Below are positions 7,048-14,938 of a stretch of 14,938 bases of DNA, piece after piece; within the stretch, counting starts at the first letter, position 1, and each line of letters starts with the position of its first letter. Under the pieces are notes generated by a model that saw only the letters and a list, made by a program, of their open reading frames with translations, was not told the DNA's origin and searched no databases. Origin of the DNA: Verrucomicrobiota bacterium (lineage in GTDB: Bacteria; Verrucomicrobiota; Verrucomicrobiia; Limisphaerales; CANJSG01); the NCBI GenBank assembly GCA_038209745.1, contig JBBQXJ010000100.1:1-14938 (forward strand), in the 5' to 3' direction. The translations under genes were made by a program, and so were the position numbers.

Positions 7048-8589
7048 TCAGGCCGATCCGACCACTCGGCCCAGCTCGGCGGAGAGATCGCTGATGATCC
7101 AGTTGGCCGACCGCTGATGAAGCCGATCCGCCGCGTTCCCATGTTCCCAGGCAGCAAACGAGAGCAGCTTGCTGACATCCGCTTGGAGCAATGGTTGGGC
7201 GAGCAGGCCTCCGATGAACCCCGCGAGAAGGTCGCCGCTTCCGCCCTGGGCCAATCCGGGGTTCCCGGAGCAGTTGACCAAAATCGAGCCTTCGTGACGA
7301 CCCACCAGCGTGCGATGGCCTTTCAGCACGACCCAACAGCCGCCGAACCGGCCCGACAGGCGACGCAATGCCCCGGGTCGATCGGCCTGCACCTCGTCGA
7401 CGGAACAGCCCAGCAGTCGAGCAGCTTCACCGGGATGCGGCGTGATCACCCGGACGGACTCGGTGCGGGGCTTGGCTTCCGGCAGGAAGTCCAACGCGCT
7501 GGCATCCGCGATCATCGGCAACGAGGACGAGTCCCACAGCATCCGCACCTGCTCCACCAAGTCCGATGGCCGCGAATCCGAAGCCAATCCGGGACCCGCG
7601 AGAATGGCCGTGGTCGATTCAGCAAGGCCCTTCGCATCCTCCCACGCATGGACCATCGCGGATTGCAGCTGCGACGCTACCGGCGCGTAAACCGACTCGG
7701 GGGTCAGGACGGACACCAGACCGGGGCGCGCCCGGAGTGCCCCGGTCGCCGCCAGCACGGCCGCACCATGATAGCCGCGGCTGCCGGCAATGACGGCCAG
7801 ATGGCCAAAGGTGCCTTTGTGCGCCGAAACGGTCCTTTGCGGAGGAAAACCGGCAAAGTCAGCTGATCGCACCCAGAACTGCCGGTCCGGGTCCGACGTC
7901 AACCGATAGGAGGCGTTCCGCGAAAAGGTCTCCACCATAACTTCCGTGCCCCAAGCCGCCACCGCAACGGGACGCGGGTCGGCCTCGGCCGGGACTTGGG
8001 GCGTGGACAGACCATCGTTCATCGGCAAAAGCCCGATGTCGGGTGCCACGTCCAAGTGGCCGACCCACGGAGCCCCCTTTTCCTTCAGCAATCCGATCTT
8101 GGGAGCGGCGAGCGTCAGGGTGGCGGTCGCCCGGACGGCGGCGCCGAAAGGTTCACCGGTATCGGCGTTCAAACCGCTGGGTACGTCGACCGCCAGGACC
8201 GGCAGATTCATTGCGTTCAACTCGTCGATTACGGCGCGCCATTCCGCGTCCAGTTCGCGGTTGAGACCGATGCCGAAAAGACCGTCGATCACCAGCGCGG
8301 GACGGCCGCGAAGGGAGCGAAACTCCATCACTCCGGCCCCGAAATCACGAAAGTCGATCCGCTGGACGCGGCGGTCCTTGATCTGCATGACGGCGGCGCG
8401 GGCGTCGTCACCATTGTGGCCCTTGCCGGTGAGGACGAGGATGGAGTCGCCGGGGCGGGTCAGCGCTTGGGCTCGTTCGGCCACGAGCTGGCCCACTCGG
8501 GCGATGACTCGGTCGGCGGCGACGTTCGCGGCCCAGGATTCGTTTTCCCAGGCTCGCATTTCAGCGATGGACAGGACGGGTATCGACAT
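7048..8589 (-). CDS. nnr: Bifunctional NAD(P)H-hydrate epimerase/dehydratase (YjeF_N plus YjeF_C)
   Basis: YjeF_N motifs GKGHNGDD, VIDGLFGIGL, AVDVPSG, DIG. YjeF_C motifs HKGTFG, GSRGYHGAAVLA, GPGL, DASAL, ITPHPGEAARLLG, VVLKG, LAQGGSGDLLAG. Confidence 0.95.
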   Translation of the reverse strand: MSIPVLSIAEMRAWENESWAANVAADRVIARVGQLVAERAQALTRPGDSILVLTGKGHNGDDARAAVMQIKDRRVQRIDFRDFGAGVMEFRSLRGRPALVIDGLFGIGLNRELDAEWRAVIDELNAMNLPVLAVDVPSGLNADTGEPFGAAVRATATLTLAAPKIGLLKEKGAPWVGHLDVAPDIGLLPMNDGLSTPQVPAEADPRPVAVAAWGTEVMVETFSRNASYRLTSDPDRQFWVRSADFAGFPPQRTVSAHKGTFGHLAVIAGSRGYHGAAVLAATGALRARPGLVSVLTPESVYAPVASQLQSAMVHAWEDAKGLAESTTAILAGPGLASDSRPSDLVEQVRMLWDSSSLPMIADASALDFLPEAKPRTESVRVITPHPGEAARLLGCSVDEVQADRPGALRRLSGRFGGCWVVLKGHRTLVGRHEGSILVNCSGNPGLAQGGSGDLLAGFIGGLLAQPLLQADVSKLLSFAAWEHGNAADRLHQRSANWIISDLSAELGRVVGSA

Positions 8590-8702
8590 AATGGCGGAGG
8601 TATTTCCCGGACCGGCCGTGACGAGCGCAAGAACTTACTTGAACCGAAATAGAAGTTCGGAATTTTCGCTTCCATTTTTAACGGAGCCTCTAAGGTCCGC
8701 CG

Positions 8703-11700
8703 GTGCCCTCCAGTATCTCCCAATTGTCGCACGGCGAACTGGTCGCGATGGTCCAATTGGCGGAACAGCGCGGCTTCCTTCCCGAAGTGCATCCACCGTC
8801 GCTCGAACCCGGCATCGGGAACGAGGATCAAAGGCTCCGGCTCGTCATGGACGCGTCGAACGACGGCGTCTGGGAGTGGAACATCCTCACCAGCGAGGTC
8901 TTCTGGTCCGATCGGGTCTACGAGATGCTCGGAATCGATCGCAACCAGTTCGGAGGCGACTACGACTTTGTCGAAAAGTTGCTCCATCCGGAGGACAAAG
9001 CTCCCATGGCCGAGGCGCTCCGACGCCATCTGGAGGAACATGCCCGCTACCAGATCGACCTCCGCTTCCACCGACCGGACGGAAACTTCGGAACCTTCCA
9101 CGCCCGAGGCTGCGCTCTGAGGGACGCCGAAGGTAGGCCGACGCACATGGCCGGATCGATTGCCGACGTCGAGTCCGTCCGGAGACAGGCACGCCTTCTG
9201 GAGGAATCCCAGGCGTTGGCCAAGATCGGCGGTTGGGAGCTGGATCTCACGGCCGACCGCCTCTTCTGGACGGCCGAGACCTATCGGATCCACGGGCTTT
9301 CCGCAGAGACGTTCACGCCCTTGCCCGAGCACATGGCCAGCTTCTTCACGGCCGAATCGCGCCCGGTGATCGAAGAATGCCTCCGTCGCGGGACGGAGCT
9401 GGGAGAACCGTGGGACATCCAGGGCGACGCCGTGGATGCCGGAGGTCGCACGCTCCGGTTGAGAACTTGCGGCCGGGCTGAAAACAAAAATGGGCGCGTC
9501 GTTCGGCTCTATGGCGCGCTGCAAGACGTCACCGATCACCACGTCGCGCGCCAGAACTTCCGGGAGGTCGCGGCCCGCCACACCGATCTCGTCAACAGCC
9601 TCGACGACATCTTCTGGGAACGCGACGCCCAGACGCTCCAGATCACCTTCGTCAGCCAGCAGGCGGAACGGATCCTCGGCTACCCTGTGTCCGCCTGGCT
9701 CAACAACGAGGTCTGGCCCTCCAAGATCCATCCAGAAGACTGCAAGGAAGCCGTCGATTATTGTGCCGCGCACACCGCCCTGCTGAAGGGGCACGACTTC
9801 GAATACCGGATGATCGCGGCGGATGGCCGGACCCTCTGGATGCGCGACATCGTCAGCGATGCCTCAGAAGACGGCCGACCCACGATGCTGCGGGGCATCC
9901 TGGTGGACATCACCAAGCTCAAGACCGTCGAGGCGGCACTTCGCCGGAGCGAGGGCCGTTTCCGCGCCATTTTCAACTCCGCCTTCCAGTTCGTCGGGCT
10001 CCTCAACCCCGACGGAACCCTCGTCGAGGCCAACGACACTTCCCTCCGATCCGTCGGCACCCGCCGCTCCGAAGTCCTCGGAAAGCCGCTCTGGGACACT
10101 CCTTGGTGGAGCCATTCATTGGCGCTCCAGACCAGGCTCCGCGACGCCGTCGAACGCGCGGCCCGCGGCCGCACCGTCCGGTTCGAAGCCGAACATCCCA
10201 CCAAGGACGGCGGCACCATCACGGTCGACTTCTCCCTCAAACCGGTGAAGAACGAAGCGGGCCAGGTCATCTTGCTGCTGCCCGAGTCCCGCGACATCAC
10301 CGAACGCAAGGACGCCGAGCACGCGTTGGCCGTCTCCGAAGAACGTTACGCCACCGTCTTCCGCAATTCCCCGGACGCCATCACGCTCACCGACTTGGAA
10401 ACCGGCAGGATCGTTGAGACCAACGAAGGCTTCTTCCGCATCTTCGGCATCCCGATCGCCGAGGCCATCGGCAAGACGAGCCTCGAACTGGGCGTCTGGG
10501 CCAACGTGGACGACCGGCGCCTCATGGTGGAAAAGCTCCTGACCGGCCAGCAGGTCGAGGCGCGCGAGCTCAACTTCATTCGCCTCGACGGATCGAGCGC
10601 CACCGCGCTGCTCTCGGCCGACGTCGTCGAGATCCGCGGGGAGAAGCTCATCGTCACCATCGTCCGCGACATCACCGCGCGCATCGAGGCCGAGGCCGCG
10701 CTGGAGGAAAGCCGGCGCCGCTTCGTCACCCTCCTCGGCAACCTGCCCGGCATGGCCTATCGCTGCCGCAACGACGCCCAGTGGACCATGGAACTCGTCA
10801 GCGAAGGCGCCCGCGAACTGCTCGGCTACGCACCCGACGACCTCATCGAGAACCGCACCGTCGCCTTCGCCGACATCATCCACCCGGACGACCGCGCCCG
10901 CGTCGCGGAAGAGCCCGTCCCGCCGCTCGCGACCGGCCGCCGGTTCGAGCTCTCCTACCGTGTCCGCACCCGCGACGGCCGGGAAAAATGGGTCTGGGAA
11001 CGCGGCCAGGGCGTGCGCTCGAACGACGGCACCGTCCATATCGAGGGATTCCTCAACGACATCACCGAACGCCGCCGCGTCGAGGACGCCATGCGCTTCA
11101 GCGAAGAACGCTACCGGCTGCTCGTCGAAAACTCCTCCGACCTCGTCGCCGAAGTCACCCTCGACGGCCGCTTCCTCTACGTCAGCCCCACCTTCAAGAC
11201 CCGCCTTGGCTACGAAGCATCGGAGCTGATCCATTCCGGCGTCTTCGCCCACGTCCACCCGGACGATGTCCCGGCCACGGTGATGTCCCTCATGGTGACG
11301 GAAGCCTCCGAAGTCTTCCGCTTCCAGCACAAGGACGGCACCTGGCGCTGGCTCGAGACCTACGGCCGCGACTACAAGACCGCCGACGGCGAGGAGCGTG
11401 GCGTCATCATCGCCCGCGACATCACCGATCGCCGCGAAGGCGACGAAGCCCGGGCCAGCCTCGAGGCCCAGCTCCGCCAAGCCCAGAAAATGGAAGCCAT
11501 CGGCACTCTCGCCGGCGGCATCGCCCATGATTTCAACAACATCCTCGCCGCCATGCTCGCCTACACCGAACTGGCCCGCATGGACGTCGAAGAAAACACC
11601 CAGGTCCACGAGCACCTTGATCAGGTCATCAAGTCCGGCGACCGCGCCCGGAACCTCGTCCGGCAAATCCTCGCCTTCAGCCGCAAGCAGGCCAACGAGC

Positions 11701-12605
11701 GCCACGTCATCCGCCTCCAGACCATCGTCCGAGAAGTGCTGAAGATGGTCCGCTCCACCCTTCCCGCGACCATCGAGATCGTCCAAGACATCGGTCCCGA
11801 CGCCGAGACCGTCCTCGCCGACCCCACCCAGATCCACCAGATCGTCCTCAATCTCTGCACCAACGCGGCCCACGCCATGCACGACCGTCGGGGCGTGCTC
11901 GAGGTCAACCTCCGGCCGGTCCAGGTCACTCCCGCCCTCGCCAAGGAACTGCCCGAACTCCAGCCCGGACCCCACGTCCTGCTCGCCGTCCGCGACAACG
12001 GCCACGGCATGACCCTAGCCACCATCAAACGGATCTTCGAACCTTTCTTCACCACCAAGCTTCCCGGCGAAGGCACCGGCCTCGGTCTCGCCGTGGTCCA
12101 CGGCATCATCAAGGACCACGACGGCGCCGTCTCCGTCTCCAGCAAGCCCGGCGTCGGCACGCTTTTCGAGATCTACTTTCCCGTCCACCAGCTCGACACC
12201 GAGATGCTCCGCATCGAGACCGCCTCCATCCGCCCGGGCCACGGTCAGCGCGTGCTCTTCATCGACGACGAAGCCGCCATCTGCTCCTCCGTGGAGAAGC
12301 TCCTCAAACGCCTCAACTTCGAAGTCAGCGCCGTCAGCGATCCCGAGCAGGCCCTCTCCCTTTTCGAGCTCGATCCCCATGCGTTCGACGTCGTCATCTC
12401 CGATCTGTCCATGCCGGGCATGACCGGCATCGACCTCGCCGCCCGACTCATCCAGCTCCGCCCCCAGGTCCCCATCATCCTCGTCACCGGTTTCAGCGGC
12501 ACCTTGACTCCCGAGGCGATCCGCGAACTCGGCATCCGGGAACTCGTCCAAAAACCCGTCTCCCCCGCCGGCCTCGCCGCCGCCATCCACCGCGCCATGA
12601 GCTGA
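8703..12605 (+). CDS. Cytoplasmic multi-PAS hybrid histidine kinase (7 PAS/PAC, HisKA, HATPase, REC; CckA-like output)
   Basis: Seven PAS units ending in DIT-like motifs (DVE, DVT, then DIT five times). [24 protein letters not shown]-box, [26 protein letters not shown]. Receiver has FIDDE...[11 protein letters not shown]...KP. Start uncertain (GTG 8703 or ATG 8748). Confidence 0.94.
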   Translation: MPSSISQLSHGELVAMVQLAEQRGFLPEVHPPSLEPGIGNEDQRLRLVMDASNDGVWEWNILTSEVFWSDRVYEMLGIDRNQFGGDYDFVEKLLHPEDKAPMAEALRRHLEEHARYQIDLRFHRPDGNFGTFHARGCALRDAEGRPTHMAGSIADVESVRRQARLLEESQALAKIGGWELDLTADRLFWTAETYRIHGLSAETFTPLPEHMASFFTAESRPVIEECLRRGTELGEPWDIQGDAVDAGGRTLRLRTCGRAENKNGRVVRLYGALQDVTDHHVARQNFREVAARHTDLVNSLDDIFWERDAQTLQITFVSQQAERILGYPVSAWLNNEVWPSKIHPEDCKEAVDYCAAHTALLKGHDFEYRMIAADGRTLWMRDIVSDASEDGRPTMLRGILVDITKLKTVEAALRRSEGRFRAIFNSAFQFVGLLNPDGTLVEANDTSLRSVGTRRSEVLGKPLWDTPWWSHSLALQTRLRDAVERAARGRTVRFEAEHPTKDGGTITVDFSLKPVKNEAGQVILLLPESRDITERKDAEHALAVSEERYATVFRNSPDAITLTDLETGRIVETNEGFFRIFGIPIAEAIGKTSLELGVWANVDDRRLMVEKLLTGQQVEARELNFIRLDGSSATALLSADVVEIRGEKLIVTIVRDITARIEAEAALEESRRRFVTLLGNLPGMAYRCRNDAQWTMELVSEGARELLGYAPDDLIENRTVAFADIIHPDDRARVAEEPVPPLATGRRFELSYRVRTRDGREKWVWERGQGVRSNDGTVHIEGFLNDITERRRVEDAMRFSEERYRLLVENSSDLVAEVTLDGRFLYVSPTFKTRLGYEASELIHSGVFAHVHPDDVPATVMSLMVTEASEVFRFQHKDGTWRWLETYGRDYKTADGEERGVIIARDITDRREGDEARASLEAQLRQAQKMEAIGTLAGGIAHDFNNILAAMLAYTELARMDVEENTQVHEHLDQVIKSGDRARNLVRQILAFSRKQANERHVIRLQTIVREVLKMVRSTLPATIEIVQDIGPDAETVLADPTQIHQIVLNLCTNAAHAMHDRRGVLEVNLRPVQVTPALAKELPELQPGPHVLLAVRDNGHGMTLATIKRIFEPFFTTKLPGEGTGLGLAVVHGIIKDHDGAVSVSSKPGVGTLFEIYFPVHQLDTEMLRIETASIRPGHGQRVLFIDDEAAICSSVEKLLKRLNFEVSAVSDPEQALSLFELDPHAFDVVISDLSMPGMTGIDLAARLIQLRPQVPIILVTGFSGTLTPEAIRELGIRELVQKPVSPAGLAAAIHRAMS

Positions 12606-12691
12606 GCACGGGACCAGACCGGCTTTCTCCAGTCCGTCCGCAATCCTCAAAGATTCTCCGTGCGCTTTCCGGCCCACGCGGCTGCCCTAGC

Positions 12692-14137
12692 ATGAAAACC
12701 ATGGCACCGGACAACGCACTGCTCGCCCGCTGGCTCCAGACGGATTCGGAGAATGACTTCGCCGAACTCGTCCAACGCCATCTCGGCATGGTCCATTCCG
12801 CCGCCCTCCGCGTGGTCAACGGCGACCAGCACCTGGCCGAGGACATCACCCAGACCGTCTTCGCCGACCTCGCCCGCAAAGCCCGCAGTCTGCGCGACCG
12901 TCCGTCCCTCGCCGGCTGGCTCCACACCAGCGCCCGCTACGCCGCCATGACTCTGTTGCGCGGCGAACACCGCCGCCGCCAACGCGAACACGAGGCCCTC
13001 TCCATGCAACCCACGCTTTCCCCCGCGAAAACCGATTGGGCCGAACTCCGCCCCGTGATCGACGACGCCGTGGGCGATCTCTCGGCCAAGGACCGCGAAG
13101 CGCTTCTCCTCCGCTACTTCGAGAACAGGTCCCATCGCGAGATCGGCGAACTCCTCGGCCTGAACGACAACGCCGCCCGCATGCGCGTCGAGCGCGCCTT
13201 GGACAAGGTCCGCCGCCTCCTCGCCAAACGCGGCGTCACCTCCTCCGCCTCCGGACTCGCCGCCGCGCTGCTGGCCCACGCCACTTTGGGCGCCACGTCC
13301 CTTACCGCCGCCCAGATCACCGCCACCGCCCTGACCACGGTTGCCGCCGGTTCGAGCTTCACCTTTCTGCATCTTATGACCGCCACCCAACTGAAGACCG
13401 GCCTCGCCGCCATCGCCGTCATCGCCGGACTGTCCGTGCCGATCGTCGTCCAAAACCACGCCATCGCCGACCTCCAGGCGAAGAACGCGGACCTGTCCGC
13501 GCAGCTTCCGCAGATCGCCAAATTGGAGGGGGATAACGCCCGCCTGCATGGACAGATGGCGGATAGCGCGGAGCTGGGGGCGCTCCGACTGGAACATGCG
13601 GAACTGCTCCGGCTGCGCGGCGAAATCGACCAGTTGAAAGCCGGCAACCTCCAGTTGGCCAAGAACGCGGAACAGGCGACCAAGAAGCTCGAAACACAGA
13701 TTCAAAAGGAGGAAGTGGAGGCCGCGAAAGAAGCCGAAAAAGTTTCCGCGATCGCCAAGATGAACTGCCTGAAATGGTTGTCCATGGCGGCGATCGTCCA
13801 CGCTCAAAGCCATGATGGCGCGCTGCCGACGAGCATGGTGGAGATCGAGCAAGCACTCCGAACGGACAGCCAGGGGGAAGCTTCAACCACCTTGAAGGAA
13901 ATCGCGTCGGAGCGGGGCATCCGGTCGGACCAGTTTGAAGTCATGCCGATTGGAAAGATCGGCGACCTAAAAGACCCGTCAAAAGTCGTGTTGCTCCGCG
14001 AACGCCAGCCTTGGCAGACCTACAAAGGTCGCTGGGCACGCTCCTATGGATTTGTCGACGGTCATTCCGAAGTCGTGTCCCGGGACAGGCCCGAGGAGTT
14101 TCAATCCTTCGAAGCCCAGCGAGCCGCCGGGCAATGA
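12692..14137 (+). CDS. ECF sigma-70 factor with C-terminal extension (TM helix, coiled coil, DUF1559/pilin-head-like domain)
   Basis: Region 2: FAELVQRHLGMVHSAALR...AEDITQTVF...GWL. Region 4: DREALLLRYFENRSHREIGELLG...AARMRVERALDKVR. Then an Ala/Thr-rich linker, TM at aa ~236-253, coiled coil at aa ~255-350 including ELLRLRGEI, and a C-terminal domain ending SYGFVDGHSE. Confidence 0.9.
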   Translation: MKTMAPDNALLARWLQTDSENDFAELVQRHLGMVHSAALRVVNGDQHLAEDITQTVFADLARKARSLRDRPSLAGWLHTSARYAAMTLLRGEHRRRQREHEALSMQPTLSPAKTDWAELRPVIDDAVGDLSAKDREALLLRYFENRSHREIGELLGLNDNAARMRVERALDKVRRLLAKRGVTSSASGLAAALLAHATLGATSLTAAQITATALTTVAAGSSFTFLHLMTATQLKTGLAAIAVIAGLSVPIVVQNHAIADLQAKNADLSAQLPQIAKLEGDNARLHGQMADSAELGALRLEHAELLRLRGEIDQLKAGNLQLAKNAEQATKKLETQIQKEEVEAAKEAEKVSAIAKMNCLKWLSMAAIVHAQSHDGALPTSMVEIEQALRTDSQGEASTTLKEIASERGIRSDQFEVMPIGKIGDLKDPSKVVLLRERQPWQTYKGRWARSYGFVDGHSEVVSRDRPEEFQSFEAQRAAGQ

Positions 14138-14281
14138 CGGAACCCGAAGTTTCAAGATTCCCTTTCCCGCTCACCGCCGCACAGATAGGCGGAGCCGTTC
14201 GTCCCCCAATTCAAAGACCGGCTCCAGAAGCCACAGCGGGCCAGAGACGTCCGATCACCAAATACGGCTGCTTTGGCCGGA

Positions 14282-14341
14282 GCCGCCTCGATTCGAGCGG
14301 CGAGACGCAGGCCCTTCACGGCAGGCGGGACGCCCGTCTGC
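14282..14341. repeat. Two GC-rich hairpins, REP-like or terminator-like
   Basis: GCCGCCTCG-ATT-CGAGCGGC (14282-14301, one bulge) and GCAGGCGGG-ACG-CCCGTCTGC (14321-14341, one G-U pair). Confidence 0.45.
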
Positions 14342-14412
14342 AAGTCGATTCGTAATTTCGCCAATCTTCGCAACCGTTTCGGTCACAGGTTCTTCGTTCG
14401 CTATCAATAAAC

Positions 14413-14483
14413 ACTTGGCATCCTGCGATTGAGAACCAAGGCGAAAGGAAACGAACCAATTCTGTTGCCAAGTGATGCCAAGT
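14413..14483. repeat. Three copies of TGCCAAGT (one inverted, two tandem with 10-bp period)
   Basis: ACTTGGCA at 14413-14420; TGCCAAGT at 14466-14473 and 14476-14483. Confidence 0.6.
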
Positions 14484-14504
14484 TTCCCATTTCAATCGGT
14501 AGGT

Positions 14505-14780
14505 TCAGAGACCGATGCTCAGCGCCTGACGCAACGAACCGAAGGCGAGGAAGATGAGCACGAGAGCAGCGGGCGCGACTATCATGAGGCGTTGCCGCGC
14601 CTCGACGAGGTTCCTGAACTGGCCGCCGAACTTCACGATTTATCCCTCCGGCAGCTTCACCTGGTCCTGAATGCTTTTCTCGGCCAGTTGGACGAAGCCC
14701 TCGATGTCCCGGGTCTTGAGATTCACCATGAGCACGGCGCGGCGCTGGCCGTCGTCGCGCTGGATGGGCTCGACCGCCTC
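14505..14780 (-). pseudogene. czcA: Internal fragment of a CzcA/CusA heavy-metal RND efflux permease, with an in-frame stop
   Basis: Reads EAVEPIQRDDGQRRAVLMVNLKTRDIEGFVQLAEKSIQDQVKLPEG*IVKFGGQFRNLVEARQRLMIVAPAALVLIFLAFGSLRQALSIGL*. This resembles the CzcA segment I.Re.g.RR..v..N...RD...FV...v.LP.GY...wGGQFeNL..A..RL..vvP. TAA at 14640-14642 replaces the conserved Tyr. Confidence 0.85.
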
Positions 14781-14794
14781 GCACAGAGGCTGCA

Positions 14795-14938
14795 GGTCGT
14801 GTGCCGCTGCTTGCGCGGCATCGTCTTGTCCTCCTCCAGGATCTGTCCGATCCGCTCCAGATGGTCCCCCAGCTTGGTCTTCCGCCGGCGCTGCAGCTGC
14901 CGGTAAGCCCGGCGGCTGGCTGTGCTCCAGCACCTTCT
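14795..14938 (-). pseudogene. istA: IS21-family IstA transposase N-terminal fragment, frameshifted and truncated (continues off the right edge)
   Basis: KVLEHSQPPG, then a 1-nt frameshift (extra base near 14905), then YRQLQRRRKTKLGDHLERIGQILEEDKTMPRKQRHT. This resembles the IstA motif K.l....PPGYR......KL......I..IL..D...P.KQRHTA. Confidence 0.8.

Noticed and set aside
8800..11430. LOV photosensor among the PAS domains
   Set aside because: No GxNCRFLQ motif in any of the seven PAS units.
10116..12005. 629-aa minus-strand ORF, plus other long antisense ORFs (1036-2271, 843-1685, 1842-2942, 8460-9794, 12647-13852, 7946-9136, 5989-6870)
   Set aside because: They lie antisense to well-supported genes and have no motifs; long shadow ORFs are expected with this GC and codon bias.
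14455..14481. Sigma54 promoter in the TGGCA repeats (minus strand)
   Set aside because: One copy has the GC off by one base and the other has TTGG instead of TTGC; no gene follows in that direction.
1..14938. CRISPR array, tRNA/rRNA, or a composite transposon bounded by the two IS remnants
   Set aside because: No regularly spaced repeats or RNA gene signatures were seen. The flanking IS pieces belong to different families (ISL3, IS21) and the interior includes housekeeping nnr.

Overview
High-GC bacterial chromosomal segment. Its gene content (an ECF sigma factor with a transmembrane C-terminal extension, SHD1-like and H-X9-DG-like motifs, a short ExeA) suggests the PVC superphylum, most likely Verrucomicrobiota; this is inference. 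Left to right: (1) the 3' end and right inverted repeat of an ISL3-family element; (2) a minus-strand run of a PAS hybrid histidine kinase with two receivers, a possible 82-aa ORF, an ExeB/GspB-like protein, an ExeA/GspA-like AAA ATPase, a signal-peptide membrane protein, pirin and the bifunctional NAD(P)HX repair enzyme Nnr; (3) a divergent plus-strand 7-PAS hybrid kinase, followed by an ECF sigma factor fused through a TM helix and coiled coil to a DUF1559/pilin-head-like domain; (4) a REP-like hairpin region; (5) a decayed chimera of an IS21 istA fragment joined to a czcA/cusA fragment. The most interesting items are the sigma factor/pilin-like fusion, the orphan ExeA/ExeB module with a structured leader, and a candidate sigma54 promoter with upstream palindromes before pirin. 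Family assignments come from motif recognition by eye; no searches were run.
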